DNA of 62,923 nucleotides, the filler included, from Licmophora abbreviata (taxonomy: Eukaryota): the NCBI GenBank assembly GCA_900291995.1. It is 11 parts of 11 records of this genome, joined end to end, with 100 filler letters (N's around TTAATTAATTAA, not from the genome) between each part and the next. Parts side by side here need not be neighbours in the genome. Positions count along the whole stretch, not along the records: positions 44,771 to 58,810 come from OLMU01003214.1; 10 more parts are not named here. The stretch is one strand, 5' to 3'. A model generated the notes under the pieces. The model worked only from the letters and a program-made list of their open reading frames with translations. It made no database searches and was not told the origin of the DNA. Position numbers and translations under genes: made by a program. Of the stretch, positions 45,867-55,538 are shown piece after piece. Position 1 is the first letter of the stretch; every line of letters begins with the position of its first letter.

Positions 45867-47366
45867 CTAGATTGCGCTGATGCCGTCGTCGTTTATCGCT
45901 GGAAGTTTCCTATTTGCTTCCGCTGCCTCGTTTTCAAAGCCAGGACACTGAACGCGATTTGTCGCTCCGAGCCATGCAACCAACTCCCTGGCGAGAAAGC
46001 GGGCGTTGCTTTTCTTCGCTCCTGATTCTAGGACAAGGTCTGGTTCCAAGGGCTCTTCGTAGGGAGCGTCAACCCCGGTGAGGCCCTGGACGAGGCCTGC
46101 TCTTGCCTTCACGTAGAGGCCTTTGGGGTGACGTCTTTCACATACGGCAAGGTCAGCCTTGACGTAAACCTCAAAGAAAGGAATGCCTGCGGCCTCGCAC
46201 GTAAGACGAACAAACTCACGGTCGATGCGATACGGCGACACAAAGGCACACAAGACAATGTTTCCCGCGTCGGCCATAAGCTTGGCGACCTCTCCTACGC
46301 GACGAAGGTTCTGGTAAATAAGATGCAGAGTAGACGAAAGTATGATGAAAATGGTGAATTGACTGAGTGGCGGAACGTAGCCGGCATGTATCCACGTACC
46401 TCCTTTCGTGACGCGCGGTCGAATCCCAGGTCACGACACAGCCCCTTGCGGATTTCGTCACCGTCTAACGTGTACGTTCTCATACCCTTGTCGCGGTTGA
46501 GAATATACTCGGCTTCATTGGCAATGGTTGACTTTCCACTGCCACTGAGACCGGTGAACCAGATGACAGCTCCCGAATGGTCCTTCCAGCGAATTTCGCG
46601 TGATACTTGCAATGGCGGCCAAAACGGATCTCGGACAGTCGCACGGCTGAGCTTGGGAACTTTGACTTGACGCGTACGACTGAGCTCGGAAGCTTTCTTC
46701 TCACCGAAATTGTCTCGACCATGGCGGCGATGATGTGGGTCGCCTGTTCCTCCCTTGATGAAGTAGCGATCGTAGTGAAGGTCCATATGGGCGGAAAAGT
46801 TAAAGGTGCAACATCCCTTGCAACTCCGTTGACGCTTTCCCCCCTTTCTTCCGATGTCCTTGCGACCGTGGGAGCAGATGAAAACCTCCGTGATATAGCC
46901 CTTTCCCCGCTTTCCTTTGGAACAAATGCTAAATCCTTCTTTGAGAGAAGAAGCCTTCAAGTCCTCGCGCAGCTTTTCCGAAGACCCAGGGACGGAGGGC
47001 TTGTAGTCTGGAGAGAAGCAAAATTTTGTTCTCTATAGAAGTCGGTAGGGGGATAATTTAGGAACATTGATTGGAGAACAGACTTGCTTCGAAGCCCCAG
47101 TGTCGTCGATACCGCGGTACCAAAGTCCGCCATCGACTCACCTTGAACTGAGGCTTGGTCCAAGCGATGATATCCTGCTCCACGACCTTCCCTCCATAAC
47201 TTTCTTCCATTGGCATCACGATCCTTCCTTCCCAAGAGCTGCGATCGAACGTCCTGGAAACAGGAGCAGCAGTGTCATCACCGTCTGGGCCGTCGTTTCC
47301 GTCGTTTCCGTCGTCATTGTTGTAGGAAGGCATCCGCGCGACGCCTTCGTCGTCATCACTCATCAT
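45867..47366 (-). CDS. cysC: Chimeric protein: acidic N-terminus + Mutator/FAR1-like Zn-finger domain + adenylylsulfate (APS) kinase (exons 47366-47142, 47032-46400, 46310-45867; 433 aa)
   Basis: APS kinase motifs WFTGLSGSGKSTIA, LDGDEIRKGL..DLGF...RKE|NLRRVGEVAKL, VSPY, PKGLY.KARAG, TGVDAPYEEP. Upstream in the same exon: KEGFSI..FICSHG..CTFNF..D..YFI.GGTG..HRRH. Both introns are phase 0 with GT-AG ends. Confidence 0.85.
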
Positions 47367-47690
47367 TGCTAATTTCAGTTTGCAGGGAAATGAAATTGGA
47401 TTGCGCTTGAAACAAAGAGAGTTTTGACATTCGACTACCCTTCAAGTAAAAGGAAAAATGAATTACCGGTAGCATCATCAATGATCATCATGGAGCAACA
47501 CTATCGTCTTATACTAGAGTGAAGTTGAAGCCGCTTTTACACATAGGGAGAAGGCCAGACTTTCCCGCCATTTTTGTCCACAAGCTTCAATGATGGCGGA
47601 GGCGTTCATCTCGGCAGCACATCACGACGCCGACTGACATACAATAGTTGATGAAGAGCGGTATCGAACCCCACCGTAAGTCGATGATCG

Positions 47691-48923
47691 ATGAAACCAT
47701 CCTCCAGGCTGCTGCTGTTATTGGCTTGTATCTTTCAGCTCCTCTTGCGTAGCAGAGGAAACGCCTTTGTGGCCCGAACAAACAATATGTCGTCGACAAG
47801 CAGCACGACACACAGCAAGCGTCGCAGAATCAACAAAGAAGAGCCGCAGTCATCGTTGCATCATTTATCATCTTCTTCCTCCTCTTCCGGTGAAGACGGC
47901 GAGTCCTCGTCGGTCGCTGCGGCTGGCAAGCTAGAAGAGCTCAAACAACGCGAAGCGGAACTCTCTCGAATGCTGGCCGATGTTCGTCGCCAAAAGGTAT
48001 CTGCCATTCGAGCGCGCCCCTTGACGATTGGGGTCATTGGCTTTGGTCGTTTCGGGCAGTTTATCGCTCGAACTTTTACCAAGTATGGCAATGTCGTCGT
48101 GACGAGTCGTTCCGACTACACGGAGATTGCCCAGGGCATGGGAGTCACGTATGTACCTCTGTTGAGCCCGGAGCAGTTTCTGGAAGAAGGTTTGGATGTG
48201 ATTGTCGTCGCAGTGTCGATTGTAAGTTTCGAATCCACCGTGCAAGATCTTGCCGGTCCACTGCGAACTTACATGAGCCGGGAAGGGACCAAGGCGCCTC
48301 TCATTGTCGATGTTCTGAGTGTTAAAGAACACCCTCGGCAGATTCTCCTCGACTTATTGCCTAGCGAATGCGACATCATGTGCACGCATCCCATGTTTGG
48401 ACCTGATTCAGGCAAGGATGGGTGGGAAGGACTCAACTTTGTTTACGAAAAGACAAGAATCGACAAAGTTCTACTTAATCCGAATCAGCCTGAAGGAGAA
48501 CACGACGATGAGTTTGTTGATGATTCAGGAAAGACGCACTCGGTTCACGAAGACAGTGAAGCGCACGTTGAGGGAGTGGATCGCGTTGAAAGATTCTTGT
48601 CAATATGGGAGGAGGAAGGATGTCGTATGGTCCCAATGAGCTGTCGTGCACACGATGCCTATGCGGCAAACTCACAATTCATCACGCACCTCATGGGTCG
48701 AATCCTTGGCAAGCAGGGACTGTCGCCGACTCCCATTGACACGAGAGGTTTCGAGAATGTGCTGAACCTTGTAGACACTACAACTGCCGACAGCTTTGAC
48801 TTATTCTATGGCCTCTACAAATACAACCAGAATGCAATGGACACGATCGTCAATCTCCAGTCGGCTATGGAGGATGTAGTAAAGAATCTTCGCAAAATGG
48901 AGAAGAGGGATGGCGACTCGTAG
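47691..48923 (+). CDS. tyrA: Arogenate/prephenate dehydrogenase, plastid-targeted
   Basis: GVIGFGRFGQF, VDVLSVKEHP, CTHPMFGPDSG, HDAYAANSQFITH, DSFDLFYGL (plant TyrAa-like). Presequence GNA-FVA. Confidence 0.92.
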   Translation: MKPSSRLLLLLACIFQLLLRSRGNAFVARTNNMSSTSSTTHSKRRRINKEEPQSSLHHLSSSSSSSGEDGESSSVAAAGKLEELKQREAELSRMLADVRRQKVSAIRARPLTIGVIGFGRFGQFIARTFTKYGNVVVTSRSDYTEIAQGMGVTYVPLLSPEQFLEEGLDVIVVAVSIVSFESTVQDLAGPLRTYMSREGTKAPLIVDVLSVKEHPRQILLDLLPSECDIMCTHPMFGPDSGKDGWEGLNFVYEKTRIDKVLLNPNQPEGEHDDEFVDDSGKTHSVHEDSEAHVEGVDRVERFLSIWEEEGCRMVPMSCRAHDAYAANSQFITHLMGRILGKQGLSPTPIDTRGFENVLNLVDTTTADSFDLFYGLYKYNQNAMDTIVNLQSAMEDVVKNLRKMEKRDGDS

Positions 48924-48970
48924 CTAGACCTATTTTTTAAAGGAAATTGCGCTATGCTATTTGTTGTTTG

Positions 48971-50515
48971 TCATTGAAAGCCATCACCAAACCCAAAAAC
49001 TTCCATCGCGACACCGGCTCCACCATCGTCATTCGTATCCTCCAGAACGAAGTCGGACGCTTTCATGGCTGCTGGGGATGCGTTGCCGACTGCCACGCCG
49101 ATGGCGGCCATATCAAGCATGCCAGCATCATTTTCGGCATCACCAATGGCCAACAACTGTGTCGAGGGGTCAATATTTAGAGCCTCGCAAACGTAGCGCA
49201 CGCCCAAATCTTTCGAACATCCCTGGGGTAACAGTTCGAGCATAGTAGGGATAGCCTGTGTAACCGACGCCCCATTCGAAGCAGCCAGAGCTTCTAGCTT
49301 AGGTCTGATGTCTTCGTTGAGTCGTTTGACGTTTTCGTCCAGATATAGGAGCTTGTGCATACCGGGCTTGTGGCCCACCAGAGAAGTCAAACAGCTTGGT
49401 CTCGGTTCACCGTATCGATTTGTCAGATCCACTACAATGTCAGTCATCTCCGTCGTGTAAAGATCGTCGCCGTCGTATGCCACGATTGATATATCGTGTT
49501 CTTTTGCCAGTGCAACCGCCGCATCCAACGCGCTAGTCTGAAGTTTTTGTTCAAACAAGACATTGCCTTCGGCGTCAAGACAATAGAGTCCCTGCAAGAA
49601 TACTCCGGGCGCATTTTCCAGTAACTCGGCGATCTCCGTTCCTAAACTCTGAAAGGCACCTTTCCGCGATTTTCCAGTCGCCGGAAAGAAGTGTTTGATC
49701 TTTGATTCCTCCGAAGGGGCTTGTTCAATGGCGCGAATCAAAGCTTTTCTGGTGCGAGGGTGCATCGTTTGCCTCGAGGTAAGAAGAGTTCCGTCCACGT
49801 CACTGGCAATGGCAGAAATACTGTTTTGAATCGTATCCTTCGTAGCACCATTCAACCAATCGAAACTACGTGGAGATGGTGTTGCAAGTGTCTTCTGTTC
49901 TTGTTGAATCTCGCCCACAGCTTGAAGGATCTGCTCGTGAAGATCGGGCGATGGTTGCGAGTCCTTGGACTGCCGTACTTCATCGAGCGAATCATGCAGA
50001 CTCAACAGTCGCTGCATTGTATCCTCTCCATACGACCGCATGATAGACTCATGAATCCCTGGCATGGAATTTTCACTGTCGATAGAAGAGGGCGGCGTGT
50101 CATATACCAGCGGATTCGACGTTGAGGATTCGGTGCCCAAGTTCGTTTCGGAAAGGGCCCCGCCAGTGTTTCCAGTCAGCTGACTGTGCACATTGAGCAA
50201 ATTCAACAGCTCGTCATCCCCATATAAATCGCTCTTGCTGGGTCGACCGGACAGGTCAAACGGATTCGTTGGAATGTTGCGCTTGGAGATCCGGTCGCCT
50301 TCTTCAGATTTGCGGTCCCCATTGTCTTCGCCATCGTGTACATTACCGTTTCGGTGGTCGAGGGCGCTTGCGCATGTTCTCAGCAGCGGCGCTCTTGTGA
50401 AACTTCCACCAAACGAAGGCAAATTGACAAATCCTTCTACCAGCAGACGTCCCTCTGTCAAAAGGGCGGCCCAGATATACAGCAGTAGCAGACGTCGGCT
50501 GCAGATCATCGTCAT
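48971..50515 (-). CDS. Cof-type HAD-IIB hydrolase with long N-terminal extension, probably plastid-targeted
   Basis: ASDVDGTLL, PATGKSR, LELLPQGCSK..G, AIGDAENDAGML..GVAVGNA. Presequence VEG-FVN. Confidence 0.88.
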   Translation of the reverse strand: MTMICSRRLLLLYIWAALLTEGRLLVEGFVNLPSFGGSFTRAPLLRTCASALDHRNGNVHDGEDNGDRKSEEGDRISKRNIPTNPFDLSGRPSKSDLYGDDELLNLLNVHSQLTGNTGGALSETNLGTESSTSNPLVYDTPPSSIDSENSMPGIHESIMRSYGEDTMQRLLSLHDSLDEVRQSKDSQPSPDLHEQILQAVGEIQQEQKTLATPSPRSFDWLNGATKDTIQNSISAIASDVDGTLLTSRQTMHPRTRKALIRAIEQAPSEESKIKHFFPATGKSRKGAFQSLGTEIAELLENAPGVFLQGLYCLDAEGNVLFEQKLQTSALDAAVALAKEHDISIVAYDGDDLYTTEMTDIVVDLTNRYGEPRPSCLTSLVGHKPGMHKLLYLDENVKRLNEDIRPKLEALAASNGASVTQAIPTMLELLPQGCSKDLGVRYVCEALNIDPSTQLLAIGDAENDAGMLDMAAIGVAVGNASPAAMKASDFVLEDTNDDGGAGVAMEVFGFGDGFQ

Positions 50516-50797
50516 TATCGTCGCCGCGTTTTGTGTCTCCTCCATTCTGTTTTTGTCGCCCTTCCACGTCACACGCGGTGGACGCTTTTTGACTCAATCG
50601 ACCCACATCATTCTATCCTATCGCGGTCTGTCGTCGTCGCGTGGTCGGTGCATCCATGCGCGAACGTGACGACCACGCTGAACTATCATCGTATCAAAAT
50701 TCACCTTAACTGTTAAACAATCATTGCAATCGGTGGCTGCCATGGCGACCAAAGCGTCACCTTCCTGACCCAGAAGAGCCACAGTGACGACGGGAGT

Positions 50798-52582
50798 ATG
50801 TCAACGGAATCTCAGTTGATGAGAAACTATGATCAGGCATCCGAAGCTCCAAATGAGTCGTCTCCTTCTAGCTTTCACAGACAAGATACAATGAAAATGC
50901 TCGAATCCACTGTAAAGTGTGTGGATCGTATCATTTTCCATTTGGGCGATGCCTCCCACCGGCCCCCGAATCGTCGAAAGCGACCACTTTCAAATGCACA
51001 GAATTCAGATCCACCTTCTGTCCAGCATCAATCTCCACCGGGACTCGAAGCGCCCTTTCAGGAGCTGTGCAGTGCATTGCGCCCATGTCTGGTTGATCGG
51101 CAAACCAATGCCAATATCGCAGGAATCATCATGGGAATGAGAGGGAACGGCAAAAGCATGATGGTGGAGCGGTGTCTACATTATCTCGCTAGCCAGAAGC
51201 GCCCTGACCAGCAAAGTTTCCGAATCGTGAGACTGAATGGCATCCTCTTGCGGGGCAACGACATCACGGCAGTAGTAAAGGAAATCGTTAAGCAGCTTTC
51301 CGAGCTTGCCATGGAGGAAACGTCGACAAAGAACGACAAGGTCTTGCGAAACCTCCTTAGGCTACGTCTAAACTCTTCGTTTACTTCCAACTTATCGCTG
51401 CTAGACGACGTCTTGAAGCTCGCTTGTGTCGACGGCATCCCCGTCTTGATGGTATTGGACGAGCTCGACCGCTTGCTCGGGTCTACCACTGCGGCGCTGG
51501 AATTCTCATCTCGTACGACTGCCACCGTCGAAGCGGCTAGCTCCGAACGACAACTGCTGCTGTACCACTTGTTGGATCGTGTCACGACGCAAGGATCCTC
51601 GCTCTGTTTGATTGCCCTCACGTCCCATCTAGCAACGGTCGGTCTATTGGAAAAGCGTGTCCGCAGTCGAGCCGAAGGGGCTTCCAAAGTTATCTATGTC
51701 AAGCCGTTCACAACCTATAATGGGATGGCTCAAGCTGTTTTGACAAACATTTCGAAGGTAGAGAGTATCAACGAGGACGAGGGCGAGGACCCTGTGGCTT
51801 GGATACGATTGTTCAGTTCACTTTCGTGTATGTTGGTGTCGAGCCCCGGATCGAACAGCGATGATGATTTAGAACGGGTACATTCCGTTTTGGAGCGCAA
51901 CTTTCGATTGGGAAAGGATCTGCGTTGGTTCGGCCGCGTCGTATCCTGTGCGCTGTCACTCTACCACGGAGATTGCCATGCCCTGCTGTCCGTTACATCA
52001 CCCAGAGCCGATTGTCTCCCTCAACTACAACCAGAGCATATGTTGATTGCTCTGACTGCGACTGGTGCTTCAATGGCTCACTGTGAGTCTCATGGAGGCC
52101 AAGGCACCGGCGTCGCGACTCTAGGCAGTCAGGTCGATGGCATGGTGGCCGAGCCGCGAATCCAGGCGCTCATGGATCTGTCGGGTCCGCAGATTGCAAT
52201 TGTGTTCGCCGTGCGTCGAATCCTGGCTCGTGACAGTCTCCGCGAACAGAATCCCAAACCGCTCACGTTCGATCGAATCGTGGATGAATATCAGAGCAGC
52301 TACAAGGGCAGCTCCGACATATACTCGTCCCGCATACTACGAGATGCGTTTGAGCATCTATTGGACCTCAACTTGCTACGGCCGTCGGTGGACCACAGTG
52401 GCGGTGGACCGCTACAGTACGAGTATCAGCAAATGTACCAAGATATGTATGCCCTGAATCTCAGTCGGATGCCGCTACATTTTCCTGTAGACATTCACAG
52501 GGAACTAGGAGAAGTAATCAAAAAGCGCATGCTGAACTGTTCGACGGCCTTGCAAGAATGGGGAAAGCAAAAGAACAGTTAG
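50798..52582 (+). CDS. ORC4: Origin recognition complex subunit 4
   Basis: Walker A GMRGNGKS, RLNG, Walker B VLDELD, RQLLLYHLLD, LEKRVRSR, C-terminal winged helix (AFEHLLDLNLL) and LQEW. Confidence 0.88.
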   Translation: MSTESQLMRNYDQASEAPNESSPSSFHRQDTMKMLESTVKCVDRIIFHLGDASHRPPNRRKRPLSNAQNSDPPSVQHQSPPGLEAPFQELCSALRPCLVDRQTNANIAGIIMGMRGNGKSMMVERCLHYLASQKRPDQQSFRIVRLNGILLRGNDITAVVKEIVKQLSELAMEETSTKNDKVLRNLLRLRLNSSFTSNLSLLDDVLKLACVDGIPVLMVLDELDRLLGSTTAALEFSSRTTATVEAASSERQLLLYHLLDRVTTQGSSLCLIALTSHLATVGLLEKRVRSRAEGASKVIYVKPFTTYNGMAQAVLTNISKVESINEDEGEDPVAWIRLFSSLSCMLVSSPGSNSDDDLERVHSVLERNFRLGKDLRWFGRVVSCALSLYHGDCHALLSVTSPRADCLPQLQPEHMLIALTATGASMAHCESHGGQGTGVATLGSQVDGMVAEPRIQALMDLSGPQIAIVFAVRRILARDSLREQNPKPLTFDRIVDEYQSSYKGSSDIYSSRILRDAFEHLLDLNLLRPSVDHSGGGPLQYEYQQMYQDMYALNLSRMPLHFPVDIHRELGEVIKKRMLNCSTALQEWGKQKNS

Positions 52583-53020
52583 GTTTTAATAAGGTTGTAA
52601 TTCTGCTTATTGGTGGTACCCGTACCGGTATCCTGTGACAGGTTGCTGTGACAGCTTTAGATCTACCGGTATACGGAACCGACTTGCGATGTAGTCACGT
52701 AGACTTACCAGGCAAAACAGTGTGGTTCAAGTAATCAGATGGAGTATCGAGTGGCGCATACTTGGAAGTAACTTTTTAGGTGTAAAACACGGAGGAAGGC
52801 CAGAAGTTGAACACAAAGCCACAAAGATACGATGCTGGCACTGAACCTGGTACAGGTTCTACGTGGCGGCCACGTACGACTCGTGCGCGCCACCTCAAAA
52901 GATCGCGGCGGGATCGCGGCCGCCATTCGTCTCACTTTTTTCTTCGGTGTCCCATAGATTCTGCCGACGATTAGCTTCCCTGTCACTGAGTCTCTATCAT
53001 TCGTTGAGAATTATACCATA

Positions 53021-54098
53021 ATGGCTCTGGAAAGATCTACGAAGAGTGTCAGTCTGATGAGTGCTCTGCTGATCCTATCAGCTAGATTTTCTTCTACCGA
53101 AGGCTTTACGAGTCCCATCTTCCAGGCAGTTCCGACTCAACAGAGAAAAGCACCCTCGAAGATGGAAGGAGTCGAAATTGAGCTCCCAGACTTTGATGAG
53201 CTATTCGGTAGAATAAAGCAGGTGTCACCGCTAGCTAAGCTTGCTTTCGAGGGGGGAGGTTTGGATGGCGAGCTGGGATACGAGGCCATTGTCCACGATC
53301 GTGAGTTCAAATATCATTCCGCTCGTTCGTTTCGTGATCCATCCTGTGAAACTTACAAGCTCCTTTCTCCCTTACCCTTATTGACGAAGCCTTGAAATGG
53401 AAGACTGTAGAGAAGAACAGTAGAAAAGTGGTTCATCAAATTGATCGGATCGACAACTTCCAGAACCTGGGCTCTCCGATCCTTCGTTTCCGTTCGAGCA
53501 TGAAGGGACCCTGCAACGGCGAAATTTTTGCCGACTTGATGATGAAGCTCGAGGAACGCAAACAGTGGGACGCTCAGATTGAACAGGTCCATGAGCTTTA
53601 CCCAATTCATGACCTTGATGCCGCCAATATTGCGATGAACTTTGGTCAATACGGAGACTGTTCGAGACTTGGGGTCGGATACTGCCGAACCAAGCCGGTC
53701 GCGACCGTCTCAGGACGAGAGCAGCTGACACTATGTGGAATGCAAGATTTCGTTGATGGATCGTGTGTCATTTGGGGGACCGAAATGGAGGAATGGCATG
53801 ACCATCTATTGCCGGGCGATAAACGTACGACTCGCGCAAGTCGCACATTTTCTCCACAACGATCGTACCGACGGGTCCGGACTCGTTTGATGTAGAGTAT
53901 GTCATCCAACTTGAAAGTGGAGGTAATATTCCCACATGGCTTACAACTCCAATTGTGGTGGATACTGTCAAGAATCTCTTCCGGCACGCAGACAAGTTCT
54001 ACCGAGGAGGAGACGGAAGTGATTTGCACAGGTGGCTCGAGGCGAAGCAGAGCGAGGACAGTTTTGGAGAGAGTCACAGTATTTTGATGACCATGTAA
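53021..54098 (+). CDS. START/lipid-binding domain protein with plastid-type presequence (intron 53301-53389; frameshift ~53839)
   Basis: WKTVE, ERKQWDAQI, VSGRE, then in the shifted frame DVEYVIQLESGGNIPTWL...VDTVKNLF. Presequence TEG-FTS. Confidence 0.78.
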
Positions 54099-54489
54099 GC
54101 TCTACCCAGGTCCTCACGTGGAGTCTTTAGAATGTAATGATTAGAACTGAGTACATCAGCTACTGAACTTGGATCTACTGATAGACATGATTCGATTCGT
54201 CCCACCTAAAGTCTACAAGCAATTGCTTCGTGCCTTATAGAAAACCCGGAAGATGTGGACACTAGCCGGGCGACAGCAGACTTTCCCGCGCGAATGATGT
54301 CGAGCAGTTCAGTTTGCGCATCAACGACATCACACTTCCACAACAGCGACGACGATGGCCAATGGCCGCAACAACGTAACCCCCAGAGCGCCTCAAAGAC
54401 AGTTGGGCAAGTGAAAAGTGTGTGAGGACTTCATTGGGAACGAGGCAAAGTAATAAAAAGATAGATCGGCGCACAGAGGCAAAAATAGA

Positions 54490-55000
54490 ATGAGTCCATC
54501 ACAGTCCTCAACAATGTCTTGGGAAGAGCGTGTCGCCGTTGTTCGCCGGCACTTCGAGAAGAAAGGATACCGAGTTCATTCAGGGCTCCAATTCGGAAGC
54601 GAACTTGTTCTTTACGCTGATGACCCGAGCCGTGTGCATTCCGATTTTTGTGTTCATGTTGTTCGGCATGGTGCGTCGCGACAAGACTCAGTGTATTCTG
54701 CTGATATGTGCAAAAACAGGTCTCTGATTGTACTCGCTTCTCTGCTGTCTTTCCTCTCTAGACAATCGACTAGACTGGCGAACTATGCAGTCGCTAGTGA
54801 GGTCGATGCCTGATTTTCACAAGACTTTGATCTTGGCGCGAGTAAGAGAGCTTAGTCTGGGATACAAGACGTCGGTGGGGGACGAGCGATTCGCAGTAGA
54901 CGAGCTAGCGCTGGCTACGGAACATGCCCCGTTTCGACACAAGAGTACAAGAAAAGAGGTCGGCTCACAACGGAAAAAGCAGAAGGCGAATGATGAATGA
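54490..55000 (+). CDS. tRNA splicing endonuclease catalytic subunit, SEN2-like (intron 54671-54761)
   Basis: KGYRVHSGLQFGSELVLY..DP..VHS, LVRS....HKTLIL: the Tyr/His/Lys catalytic triad of the EndA fold. Confidence 0.82.
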
Positions 55001-55538
55001 GCTCATGAAATCGCAACGGTGATCCCATGACCCATAGCAAAAGAATCTGTAGGTATTGTCCCTTGCGGTGCAGCATGAGACAGCGATTGATCTGCAAGGC
55101 GATCAGAGGAAAGGCAGCACTCCGTTCCTTGTGTTGTGTGGAGAGCAATGCTTCTTCGCAACGTTGCGTCCCTTCGAAAGTTAACAAACTGCACCTACTG
55201 TTTCCGTTTTATGTCGGCCCATCGACGTACGAGCAACTTGACGAGTCAAAGTCGACTCATGGGTGGCGAGACTATCGAATCACTTACCGTTATAATGATC
55301 ATTGCGTCTAGAGTGCCCAGCTTACTGTTTAATAGCTCGCGCTAGGCGTAGCGGTAGCCCCTAGAAGTGAGGACACCGACACACGCCGCGCCGCCGCGCG
55401 CGGATGGAAAGCGGATGATGGTGTGTGGTGACAACGCCTACAACGAGACGAGTTTCGACCGCCGTCGTATTCCACGCCCTGAACCATTCAGTGCCTCATG
55501 TCAAAGACTCATGTATGGGAAAATCTCCGAAAGAAGAA

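Noticed and set aside
47370..47690. Search for a MULE terminal inverted repeat or TSD flanking the APS kinase fusion
   Set aside because: No matching inverted repeat was seen by eye between this region and 45744-45866, so no intact element is called.
34284..48923. Amino-acid biosynthesis 'cluster' (hisG, proC, aminotransferase, tyrA)
   Set aside because: Different pathways, interspersed with unrelated genes and gaps; consistent with chance in a compact genome.
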